DNA of 64,000 bases from an uncultured Bacteroidota bacterium (lineage in GTDB: Bacteria > Bacteroidota > Bacteroidia > Bacteroidales > UBA12481): assembly GCA_903851365.1 (NCBI GenBank), contig CAINOB010000063.1, positions 21,675 to 85,674 on the forward strand, read 5' to 3'. The notes beneath the pieces were generated by a model that had not been told where the DNA came from, ran no database searches, and worked only from the letters and a program-made list of their open reading frames with translations. Each line of letters begins with the position of its first letter. Positions within the stretch are counted from its first letter, which is position 1. Shown here one piece after another: positions 1 through 7,797 of this stretch. Position numbers and translations under genes: made by a program.

Positions 1-1
1 G

Positions 2-100
2 ACCGAGGTGGTCGCAATTTGCGACCACCTCGGAAAGATCAAATACTCTGCAACGAATCCTTTTGCGTTTACTGAACATGGTGCGATTATACTGGACTGA
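2..100 (+). pseudogene. 3' end of an ORF6N (KilA-N-like) DNA-binding domain gene, partial at the window edge and apparently truncated
   Basis: Frame 2 reads TEVVAICDHLGKIKYSATNPFAFTEHGAIILD*, matching the ORF6N signature (EVVANCDHL...PYAFTEHGA). Homologs normally continue with SVLNS..RA..V.I...RAF. Here TGA at 98-100 stops it 2 bp from the convergent gene. Confidence 0.7.
3..33. repeat. Perfect 15-bp inverted repeat with 1-bp spacer inside ORF6N coding sequence
   Basis: CCGAGGTGGTCGCAA (3-17), T, TTGCGACCACCTCGG (19-33). Confidence 0.95.
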
Positions 101-102
101 GA

Positions 103-1317
103 TCAGAAATCTTTTACCTTATACAGAATCAAAACCGGATTGTCGTCCTCTTTCAACGCGGCCATGCGATCGAATCCCTTGCACTTTGCAAGGAACTGTT
201 TTTGCTCAGTCGTAAGCTTTCTGGTTATTTCCAGCAAGGTGATGGCGTCCACTGTCACAATGAAATAATCACCTGTTGATTTTAAAGGGAATTCGAGAGG
301 AATTCCTGAATAATTGATTGAATTGTTGGAGCTGTCCACTTCGATGAACCTGACATGCCCTGTTTTGCGATTGATCTGTCGGGATCCGAACTGCATTTTT
401 TGGCGGTTAACCGGTGCCCAAAAACTGATCGTATTGCTGGTAACAGTCAGATAATCCAGATTCTCCTTTTTGTCAGTAAATGCTGCGTTTAATTCTACAC
501 CTGACAGGTGTTTTTCATTACTCAAAAAAGTGGTATCGATATTATTATCGCCAAAGCTGAAACTGTATTTCTTTAAAAACCGATTTCCCGGTCCGATTTG
601 GTAAATGTTATAGCTAAAGGACGGATTGATGAAATCGACTCCATTTTCACCTGAATTTGAGATGGCAGTCCCCCCTTCGTGATCCAATTGGAATGGATAG
701 GGCAAGAACTTTGAAATAATTCTTCCTTCACGATTTATGATTTCAACCAGATGAAGATCAGAGCCAGCCTGACCTGATCCAATCAAACGGCTCAAATAAA
801 TCGCGAACAATCCGCCATCCAGCGGAACCGCCTTAAAGGGCATGGAGGTGGTCTTTATTTCATTGATCAGATTTCCATCGAAATCATAACAGAGAATTTT
901 GCGCTGATTGGGATCAACCCCCATAATTTCAAGGCGATCAGGTATCAGCTCGACACTACTTAAACTGGTATATTCCCCGGGACCTTTTCCCCAGTGCTTA
1001 AATGATTTCAGATGCTTTCCCTGCCGGTTGAAAAGATGTATGGTCTGATCAGCATAAATGACCATGTAATTGTTATTCAGATTATACCGGCTGAAAGAAG
1101 GCAGGTAGCAATCCGAATTTGTTTCCAGCGGAATGAATTGCACCTCTTCAATCCATTCCTCAGCAGGCACCTGTTTCGGAACAGCTTCAGCGAGATCAAT
1201 ATTAATGGTTCCATCCAGTCCTGCAGATGGTTTCTTTGACTGGCAGGAAAACAATCCAATAAAGATCAGAGCAAGCCCCCCGAAGAAAAACGAAACAATT
1301 CTGAAAATTGATTTCAT
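103..1317 (-). CDS. 6-bladed beta-propeller lipoprotein (Bacteroidetes DUF4934/DUF5128-like)
   Basis: Lipobox LFSC, IPLET, G.GPGEY and the C-terminal EDDNPVL motif are typical of this family. Confidence 0.85.
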   Translation of the reverse strand: MKSIFRIVSFFFGGLALIFIGLFSCQSKKPSAGLDGTINIDLAEAVPKQVPAEEWIEEVQFIPLETNSDCYLPSFSRYNLNNNYMVIYADQTIHLFNRQGKHLKSFKHWGKGPGEYTSLSSVELIPDRLEIMGVDPNQRKILCYDFDGNLINEIKTTSMPFKAVPLDGGLFAIYLSRLIGSGQAGSDLHLVEIINREGRIISKFLPYPFQLDHEGGTAISNSGENGVDFINPSFSYNIYQIGPGNRFLKKYSFSFGDNNIDTTFLSNEKHLSGVELNAAFTDKKENLDYLTVTSNTISFWAPVNRQKMQFGSRQINRKTGHVRFIEVDSSNNSINYSGIPLEFPLKSTGDYFIVTVDAITLLEITRKLTTEQKQFLAKCKGFDRMAALKEDDNPVLILYKVKDF

Positions 1318-1520
1318 TGAATGAATTTATCTTAGGCTCAATTAAATGGGGGATTGTTAAAGATACGATTTTTCGAGGAAGAAGATCGAAAGATCAAAGA
1401 AAGTGTGCATTATGAATATAAACTTTTATATATCCCCAATGAATACTTTTTAACCTTGAGTAAGACACTATTGTGACTCTTGATTAGGAAGACATCTCCT
1501 CCCTTTGAGTACGTTTAATT

Positions 1521-1946
1521 TTATTGAAATTTGGTCTCAATAATGGTTGTCTTCTGGACCTCAATTTCGAATTTATCGAAAGTGTTAGTCATGCTGAATT
1601 TTCCGCCGGGGAACCCTCCGTTCAAACAAGAGTCCCCCCCGCAGGAGCAGGTGATAACGGCATTGTAGTAATATTCCTTTGGCAGGAAATAAAGTGTATA
1701 GTTTTGCTGATAATCCGAAACGTTAACTTTTTGGAAATACACCCCACGGTACAAAGAGTCAAGCGACAATGCAAAACCCAGCGAGATCCTGTGAATGCCT
1801 CCTTTGGGTACCTTATAATCAGGCAGGATAAACCGGAATTCCAGGCTTCCGTGATTGTCCGGAATGAGCGGATCATCATTTTTTAGCTTAAGGCATGCTG
1901 CCAAAAGTCCAACTATCAGAATCGCTATCCCGATTTTCATCTTCAT
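1521..1946 (-). CDS. Small hypothetical lipoprotein
   Basis: MKMKIGIAILIVGLLAAC lipoprotein signal and a CxCGGDSC motif. Overlaps the upstream gene's stop by 4 bp. Confidence 0.75.
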   Translation of the reverse strand: MKMKIGIAILIVGLLAACLKLKNDDPLIPDNHGSLEFRFILPDYKVPKGGIHRISLGFALSLDSLYRGVYFQKVNVSDYQQNYTLYFLPKEYYYNAVITCSCGGDSCLNGGFPGGKFSMTNTFDKFEIEVQKTTIIETKFQ

Positions 1947-3034
1947 CGCTCAAAATCTTCATTGTATCGTAAAAATCCCAGGTGGCGCGTCCGGGCACTA
2001 TCGGCCAGATAATTGATGGTCAGGTCGGAAAATCGGTTGTTGTATGCTCCTGTCGAGGTTCTGGAACTGAATATCCCGGCAGCGCCATCGAGGTTTGAGT
2101 ATTCGTCGAGACCAGTAAATGAGGTAATCGCATTTTGACCCGATCGGATAAAAACGGACATTTCCGGACCACCTGTTACCATTAAAAGGTCAAAACCGAT
2201 AATCTTTCTGCGTATTCCGGAATCAGGTGGCGCAAGCAGTGTGGTCAGGTCCTTGATAAAGCTAGCTCCATTGATATAGCTTGTCAGAAAATTATTATCG
2301 GTGTCACCGTAAATGATGGATTGGGGCAGATCAATTTCGCGAGTTACTTGAGAATTCTTATCTCCTTCCAGATAGTTGAACCGGATAAACGATTGATATG
2401 CAGCAAATTTTACAGATTTGGTCCATCTGATCAGATATCCCTGATCGTCCAGTAAGGTAATCTCACGGCCCGGCAGGGGATTGGGATCCATGATTTTTAC
2501 CCCATCAACAGCAGTTATTGTTGCGCTAATCGTTCGTGGAATTTTAGGAAAATGAATGTATAGCCCATAATCACTGCCCCCGGAAACTTTGCAATTAGTT
2601 TGGAAAATGGCCAGACCTTCACTTGGGAAGAAGCCACTGTCGCGCCGGTTGATTCCAGTCGGTTCAAAATAGAAAATCTCTCTTGTTCCATCCGGTTTTT
2701 TGTATTCCAGATAGGCATAAAACTCCTCATCGAGAATCAGGCTGTCGGGGCTGATTGACTCAGTTTTGGGATTGCCTTTAATGATGAATGATTTGCTGAT
2801 ACGCAGATGTTGAACCGAATCCTGAGGATTCAAAAGGCAATAAACAACTGGTTTTCCGCTGGATTCATTATAAATATCGAGGTCGGTATTGCAGGAACTG
2901 AACGCGGGGAGAAGAACGAAGAAGAAGATCGGTAGACGAGGAAGAAGAGCGGAGGACGAAGAAGAAGATCGTGACAAGTGACGGGTGACGGGTGACGAAG
3001 AAGTACGACCAGGCCTGCCCCGAAGAGTTGTCAT
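1943..3034 (-). CDS. DUF4249-like lipoprotein (start uncertain: ATG 3097, ATG 3034 or TTG 2977)
   Basis: FSSC lipobox followed by KPVVYCLLNPQDSVQHLRISKSF, and C-terminal YSNLDGAAGIFSS, typical of DUF4249-type proteins. The ORF-track extension to 3244 runs through intergenic repeats. Confidence 0.7.
   Translation of the reverse strand: MTTLRGRPGRTSSSPVTRHLSRSSSSSSALLPRLPIFFFVLLPAFSSCNTDLDIYNESSGKPVVYCLLNPQDSVQHLRISKSFIIKGNPKTESISPDSLILDEEFYAYLEYKKPDGTREIFYFEPTGINRRDSGFFPSEGLAIFQTNCKVSGGSDYGLYIHFPKIPRTISATITAVDGVKIMDPNPLPGREITLLDDQGYLIRWTKSVKFAAYQSFIRFNYLEGDKNSQVTREIDLPQSIIYGDTDNNFLTSYINGASFIKDLTTLLAPPDSGIRRKIIGFDLLMVTGGPEMSVFIRSGQNAITSFTGLDEYSNLDGAAGIFSSRTSTGAYNNRFSDLTINYLADSARTRHLGFLRYNEDFER
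2916..2998 (+). repeat. Three ~20-bp tandem copies (ACGARGAAGAAGAKCG-core) followed by four GTGAC heptamers
   Basis: 20-mers start at 2916, 2936 and 2956. Heptamers GTGACAA, GTGACGG, GTGACGG, GTGACGA span 2971-2998. Confidence 0.9.
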
Positions 3035-3056
3035 CCCGTTGAAAAACGGGACCCCG
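3030..3056. repeat. REP-like hairpin with GAAA tetraloop
   Basis: GTCA-TCCCGTT-GAAA-AACGGGA, resembling GTCATCCCG...CGGGA palindromic elements. Confidence 0.55.
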
Positions 3057-3130
3057 TCACTTACTACGGATTTAAATCGGAGCCCTGAAAATCGCATTTG
3101 GTGGAGGATAACAAAATCTTCATAAATGTA

Positions 3131-3138
3131 CAAAATTA
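3131..3138 (-). promoter_or_regulatory. Putative Bacteroidetes sigma-A -7 element (TAATTTTG) for the DUF4249-like gene
   Basis: Matches the TAnnTTTG consensus about 35 nt upstream of ATG 3097. Confidence 0.4.
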
Positions 3139-3150
3139 ACGAAAGCCGAA

Positions 3151-3277
3151 AGTTGTACCCACACCTTCCCACCCTGAAACAGGGAGGGAGTCTGCTTTGT
3201 TGCTTCCTTACTACGCAACCAAACAGTTGCACAATTCCCCTCACTGTTTCAGGGAGGGGTTAGGGGAGGGTACAACT
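3151..3277. repeat. ~127-bp REPIN/MITE-like element with ~40-bp imperfect terminal inverted repeats
   Basis: Left arm AGTTGTACCCACACCTTCCCACCCTGAAACAGGGAGGGAG. Right arm reverse complement AGTTGTACCCTCCCCTAACCCCTCCCTGAAACAGTGAGGGGA. Confidence 0.75.
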
Positions 3278-3289
3278 CTGATTACCAAT

Positions 3290-3303
3290 TCGTCACTCGT
3301 CAC
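3290..3303 (-). repeat. Two GTGACGA heptamers overlapping the uraA stop codon
   Basis: TCGTCAC TCGTCAC on the + strand. The uraA TGA lies within the first unit on the - strand. Confidence 0.6.
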
Positions 3304-4589
3304 AATTCTTTATTCATCCGGCCGGACTTTTCTAATAAATAGAAAACCAATGAGAGCACTACGCCCGCCACGGCCGCAAACGCCATACCCTTGAGCTGTA
3401 CCGAACCCAGCTTGATACTGGCTCCACTTACGCCCACCACAAAGGTTACGGCCCCCAGCACCATATTGCGGTTTTTGCTGAAATCGACCTTCGATTCTAC
3501 CAGCATCCGCATACCCTGAACGGCAATTACACCATAAAGTAGGAAGGATATGCCCCCTAGTACCGGGCTTGGGATAGTTGAAATGGCGGCAGATATTTTG
3601 CCAACACAGGAGAATGCAATAGCCAATAAAGCAGCGCCACGAATTACCCAGACAGAATAGACACGGGTAATCGCCATGACTCCGATATTTTCACCATAAG
3701 TAGTGTTTGGTGGTGATCCGGTGAATCCTGATATCACGTTGCTGATACCATCTCCCAGCAGCGAACGGTGCAAACCCGGATCCTTCATCAGATCCTCTTT
3801 GGTGATTTTACTGGTCACAGTGAGATGGCCTATGTGCTCAGCCAATACGACGATACATGCGGGAGCAATAATAATGATCGCGTTAAAATCATATACCGGG
3901 GCCTGGAATTTCGGTAGTGAAAGCCATGCAGCATTCTGTATAGCTGTTGTGTCGACAATTCCCATTGCCAGAGCCAGAAGATATCCGAAAATAATGGCAA
4001 CCAATATGGGAATGACTTGAAGAAAACCCCGGAACATCACCGATCCAAAGATGCCGACACAAAGAGTCGCCAGTGAAATAAAGAGTACACTGCCATCGGT
4101 CACAAACGGTTGAACCACTTGTCCCACGGCAGTTGGCCACGGAGCCAGTCCGGCTTGCTGGGCTGCTACCGGTGCAAGTTCAAGGCCGATAATGGCAACC
4201 ACAGCGCCCATAACTGCTGGCGGCATCACGATATCAATCCAGCGGATACCCCATTTTTTAACGACAAGCGATATCAGGATAAAGAACAGACCGAAAAAGA
4301 TAAACCCGGATTGTGCATGACTGAATCCGCCGTAAGAGCTGATGATCAGCAGAGAGGGAGCAATAAAGGCAAAGCTGGAACCCAGATAGGCTGGAATTCC
4401 GCCTTTGGTGACCCAGGAATAAAGCAAAGTCCCTATTCCATTCATCAGCAGGGCAATGGCTGGGTCAATACCCAGAAGGATCGGAACCAGGATCGTGGCA
4501 CCGAACATTGCGGTAAGATGCTGGAAACTGAGTGGCAGGCTCTCAGCTATGGATAGTTTCTGATGGATACCAATGATTCGTCTTGACAT
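3300..4589 (-). CDS. uraA: Uracil permease (NCS2/NAT family)
   Basis: From ATG 4589 (MSRRIIG...) it is 429 aa. It has QHLTAMFGATILVP, PAYLGSSFAFI, EHIGH and the NAT signature PNTTYGENIGVMAITRVYS. The ORF-track extension to 4985 overlaps the next gene and is rejected. Confidence 0.93.
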   Translation of the reverse strand: MSRRIIGIHQKLSIAESLPLSFQHLTAMFGATILVPILLGIDPAIALLMNGIGTLLYSWVTKGGIPAYLGSSFAFIAPSLLIISSYGGFSHAQSGFIFFGLFFILISLVVKKWGIRWIDIVMPPAVMGAVVAIIGLELAPVAAQQAGLAPWPTAVGQVVQPFVTDGSVLFISLATLCVGIFGSVMFRGFLQVIPILVAIIFGYLLALAMGIVDTTAIQNAAWLSLPKFQAPVYDFNAIIIIAPACIVVLAEHIGHLTVTSKITKEDLMKDPGLHRSLLGDGISNVISGFTGSPPNTTYGENIGVMAITRVYSVWVIRGAALLAIAFSCVGKISAAISTIPSPVLGGISFLLYGVIAVQGMRMLVESKVDFSKNRNMVLGAVTFVVGVSGASIKLGSVQLKGMAFAAVAGVVLSLVFYLLEKSGRMNKEL

Positions 4590-4604
4590 TTGGGTTGGGT
4601 TATG

Positions 4605-4614
4605 TGCGAAGTTA
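4605..4614 (-). promoter_or_regulatory. Putative -7 promoter element (TAACTTCGCA) upstream of uraA
   Basis: Near match to TAnnTTTG about 15 nt upstream of the ATG. Confidence 0.35.
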
Positions 4615-4748
4615 AAACTAATAGAATTAGGGCAGAGGGCAAAACCCCCAGACTTGAGTCTGGGGAAGAACCTCTGGGGGACGATTGAAGTTATCGCAAT
4701 AACCACTATCTTAGTAAAGCAACAAGTCGTCCTAAACCAAACTAAACA

Positions 4749-7700
4749 ATGAAAACAATTCCTGTTATCCGTAAGTCGTTGATTTTGATTTTTTTGGTAT
4801 TTGTTGTCCTGATGTATTCGGCTCCTGTGAAGGCTCAGGTGAAAACCTGGGAGGGCACCATCACGATTCCTACCTATGGCTGGGAGAACGATGTAAACCC
4901 GAAATTCTGGGGTATGGAGGGCGGGGCGAAAGGATCGACCACCGTGCGGGCATCCATTGTTTACCCATACTGGATGCAGGACCACTTATCGCGGAAGCTG
5001 GAAAATGTGACGTACAAAGCGATCTATCTGGAAAATGAATATTTAAAAATCACCTGCCTGCCTGAATTGGGCGGCCGGCTGCATTCAGTTTACGATAAAA
5101 CTACCAATCACGAGGTGTTTCATAAGAACTCCGTCATCAAACCCAGCATGATCGGCATGCGCGGAGCATTTATCAGCGGAGGCGTGGAATGGAATGCCGG
5201 TCCTCAGGTACATACCGTAACGATTTTGTCGCCTGTGGATGTGATTTCCGGCACTAACCCTGATGGCTCAGCTTATCTGGAAGTGAGCAATCTTGAGAAA
5301 AGTCTGCGTACGCAATGGACGGTGCGGGTAACGCTGCATCCGGGCAAGGCATATCTCGATGAGGAAATGCGCATCTATAATCCCACAGATGCCATGAATC
5401 CTTATTATTTCTGGAATTGCACTGCCTTTCCTCAATTGCCCGGAACACGGTTTATTTATCCGATGAGCCTCGGCACCGATCATTTCGGCGTTGAGTTCTT
5501 TAACTGGCCGGTAAATAAAGGGAAGGACCTCTCCTGGACCAAAAATTTTGCTGATGCGGCATCCATTTTTGCTGTCAATTGTGCGTATGACTTTTTTGGC
5601 GCGTATGATGTCGACCTCGATCGTGGCGTAATCCAGGTGGCCAATCATTTTGAACATCAAGGAAAGAAGGCGTGGACCTGGGGTCAGGGCGACTATGGAC
5701 GGATCTGTCAGAAGGCCCTCACCGATACCGATGGCAATTATATCGAGGTGCAGAGCGGTCCTATGCAAACCCAATCGGATTATGGGATATTGCCCCCGAA
5801 AAGCCAGGTATCGTGGAAAGAATACTGGTACCCGGTGCATGGTTTGGGCGATGGTTTTGAATTTGCCAATCAGCAGGTTGCTTTCCGCACGGAAAGGAAA
5901 AACGGGCAGCTGGAAATACGAATGATTTCTACAGAGAAATTTATCGGAGCAAACTGTGTTATTTATCAGAATAGCAAAGAGATATATACTAAAAATATCG
6001 ATTTGTCACCGGAGAAGTCAACCTCGGTTTCTGTAACGGTTCCGGTTGGACAGGAGGTGCGGGTTGTTTTGAAAAGCAGCGATGGGAAAGAACTCGCAAC
6101 CTATCTGAGCCCGTTGCCTCTGCCAAAAGTGATAACGCCGGAACAGCCCACTTATGTGAATAAGCCCGATAATCAGCTGACCATTGAGGAGACTTATCTG
6201 AAAGCCCAAAAATTTGACCGGGCGCTCGACCGGAATATGGCCCGGAAATACTACCAGATGGTTCTCGACCGGGACTCCCTGCACCTGAATACCCTGCGCG
6301 ACCTGGCGATCCTCGATTTCGAATCAGCCCAATACCTAAAAACATCGAAAATGCTGGAGAAAGCCCTGGCACAGATTCCGAATGATGATGGGCTGGCCTG
6401 GTATTTTCTCGGATTGTGCAAAATGAAGCTGAATGACTCTGATCAAGCTATAAAATGCGGATATAAAGCTTCCCGCTGCCTCGGAACCGTATCGATCGGA
6501 TATGATCTTATCGGCAGGAGCCTGATGATACAGAAGAAAGTTCATGAGGCGATGACGTTTTTCACCAAAGCAACTCAGGCAGATCAGAATAATATTTCGG
6601 CGCGGCATCATAGGCTGATGGGGCTGTATGTTAATGGTGGCGTGAAGGAAGCTGGTGAGGAGCTGACAAGGGATATTGAGACTAATCCGACTGACCTGAC
6701 AGCCAGGGCATTAAAGGCCATTATTGAAAAAGACCCTGCTGGCTTTGTTAAGATCGCCAGGGAATATCTGGGTGAATATGATTTTGAAATGATTGAAACG
6801 AGTACTGAGTTTTCGGAACTGGGATTATTTTCCGAGGCAGCCTGGGTATTGGAGAATGCGTGCATTAACGGAGTAGAGGAGGGGAAGCAGAATTTCCTGA
6901 TCCAGTATCATCTGGCTTATCTGAATTCGGCTATTGGTGGGAAGGATAAAGTCAAAAAATATCTGACTAAAGCGGCCGGTAATTATCAGGATTTCATCAT
7001 GGCATCGCGACCGGAAACCATGGATGCCCTGAATTTCGCTATCCGGGAAAACCCGAACGATGCACTGGCACATTATCAGCTTGGTAATTTGCTGGGAAAT
7101 TTCGGAAGGTTGGATGAAGCCGCCGTTCAATGGGATCAATCGGTACAATTGAATCCTTCGCTGAGTATTCCATGGCGCAACCTTGGACTGTATTATTGGG
7201 TGATCAGGGATGACCATGCTAAATCCGAAGCCTGTTTCAGGAATGCAATCAGCTCGAGGCCGATTGATCAAACCCTTTACCGCGATCTGGCGCGCGTTAT
7301 GCTGGATAATGGAAGGCGCACGGAAGCCATAAAATTGCTCGAAAATATGTCGTTTAAAGGAATGCGCCGTTCCGATATTATTCAGGATCTGGCGCAAAAT
7401 TACCTGGACGAAAAAAGATTCGAGGAGGCTTACACCCTACTTATTTCCACTCCCTATTTCGTGAACTGGGAGGGATCGACTCTGACCTGGGATATTTTCA
7501 ATCAGGCTCACATTGGTAAAGGGATGGAAATGTTTGAACAGAAAAAATTCAAAGAAGCTCTGGAACAGTTTGAGACTGCGCTTACCTGGCCTGAAAACCT
7601 CGGGGTGGGCCATTCGGTCAGGACAGAAGAAGCAGTTGCCTGGTTCTGGAAAGGCAAAACACTCCTTGCCCTGGGAAAATCAAAGGAAGCCCTGGAAGCC

Positions 7701-7781
7701 TGGAAGCATGGGAGCGAATTACCCGATGGATCAGTCAAGCAGAATGAATTCAAGAAGATGTGCAGATCACTAATGGAGTAA
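4749..7781 (+). CDS. DUF5107 domain plus TPR repeat protein, secreted
   Basis: Signal peptide, then LENEYLKITCLPELGGR, GAFISGGVEWN, GKKAWTWG and YIEVQSG (DUF5107). The C-terminal half is TPR-like helical repeats ending with WPENLGVG. Confidence 0.88.
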   Translation: MKTIPVIRKSLILIFLVFVVLMYSAPVKAQVKTWEGTITIPTYGWENDVNPKFWGMEGGAKGSTTVRASIVYPYWMQDHLSRKLENVTYKAIYLENEYLKITCLPELGGRLHSVYDKTTNHEVFHKNSVIKPSMIGMRGAFISGGVEWNAGPQVHTVTILSPVDVISGTNPDGSAYLEVSNLEKSLRTQWTVRVTLHPGKAYLDEEMRIYNPTDAMNPYYFWNCTAFPQLPGTRFIYPMSLGTDHFGVEFFNWPVNKGKDLSWTKNFADAASIFAVNCAYDFFGAYDVDLDRGVIQVANHFEHQGKKAWTWGQGDYGRICQKALTDTDGNYIEVQSGPMQTQSDYGILPPKSQVSWKEYWYPVHGLGDGFEFANQQVAFRTERKNGQLEIRMISTEKFIGANCVIYQNSKEIYTKNIDLSPEKSTSVSVTVPVGQEVRVVLKSSDGKELATYLSPLPLPKVITPEQPTYVNKPDNQLTIEETYLKAQKFDRALDRNMARKYYQMVLDRDSLHLNTLRDLAILDFESAQYLKTSKMLEKALAQIPNDDGLAWYFLGLCKMKLNDSDQAIKCGYKASRCLGTVSIGYDLIGRSLMIQKKVHEAMTFFTKATQADQNNISARHHRLMGLYVNGGVKEAGEELTRDIETNPTDLTARALKAIIEKDPAGFVKIAREYLGEYDFEMIETSTEFSELGLFSEAAWVLENACINGVEEGKQNFLIQYHLAYLNSAIGGKDKVKKYLTKAAGNYQDFIMASRPETMDALNFAIRENPNDALAHYQLGNLLGNFGRLDEAAVQWDQSVQLNPSLSIPWRNLGLYYWVIRDDHAKSEACFRNAISSRPIDQTLYRDLARVMLDNGRRTEAIKLLENMSFKGMRRSDIIQDLAQNYLDEKRFEEAYTLLISTPYFVNWEGSTLTWDIFNQAHIGKGMEMFEQKKFKEALEQFETALTWPENLGVGHSVRTEEAVAWFWKGKTLLALGKSKEALEAWKHGSELPDGSVKQNEFKKMCRSLME

Positions 7782-7797
7782 TTGGAAATCTTAAGAA

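Noticed and set aside
2916-2998. Repeats as a mini CRISPR array
   Set aside because: The units are tandem with no spacers, they are too short, and no cas genes are present.
4646-4665. CCCCAGACT-TG-AGTCTGGGG hairpin as a PyrR attenuator for uraA
   Set aside because: No PyrR-binding consensus is visible, and the likely promoter lies between the hairpin and the start codon.
4590-4985. N-terminal extension of the 561-aa uraA ORF
   Set aside because: It overlaps the opposite-strand DUF5107 gene, and the NCS2 homology and expected length begin at ATG 4589.
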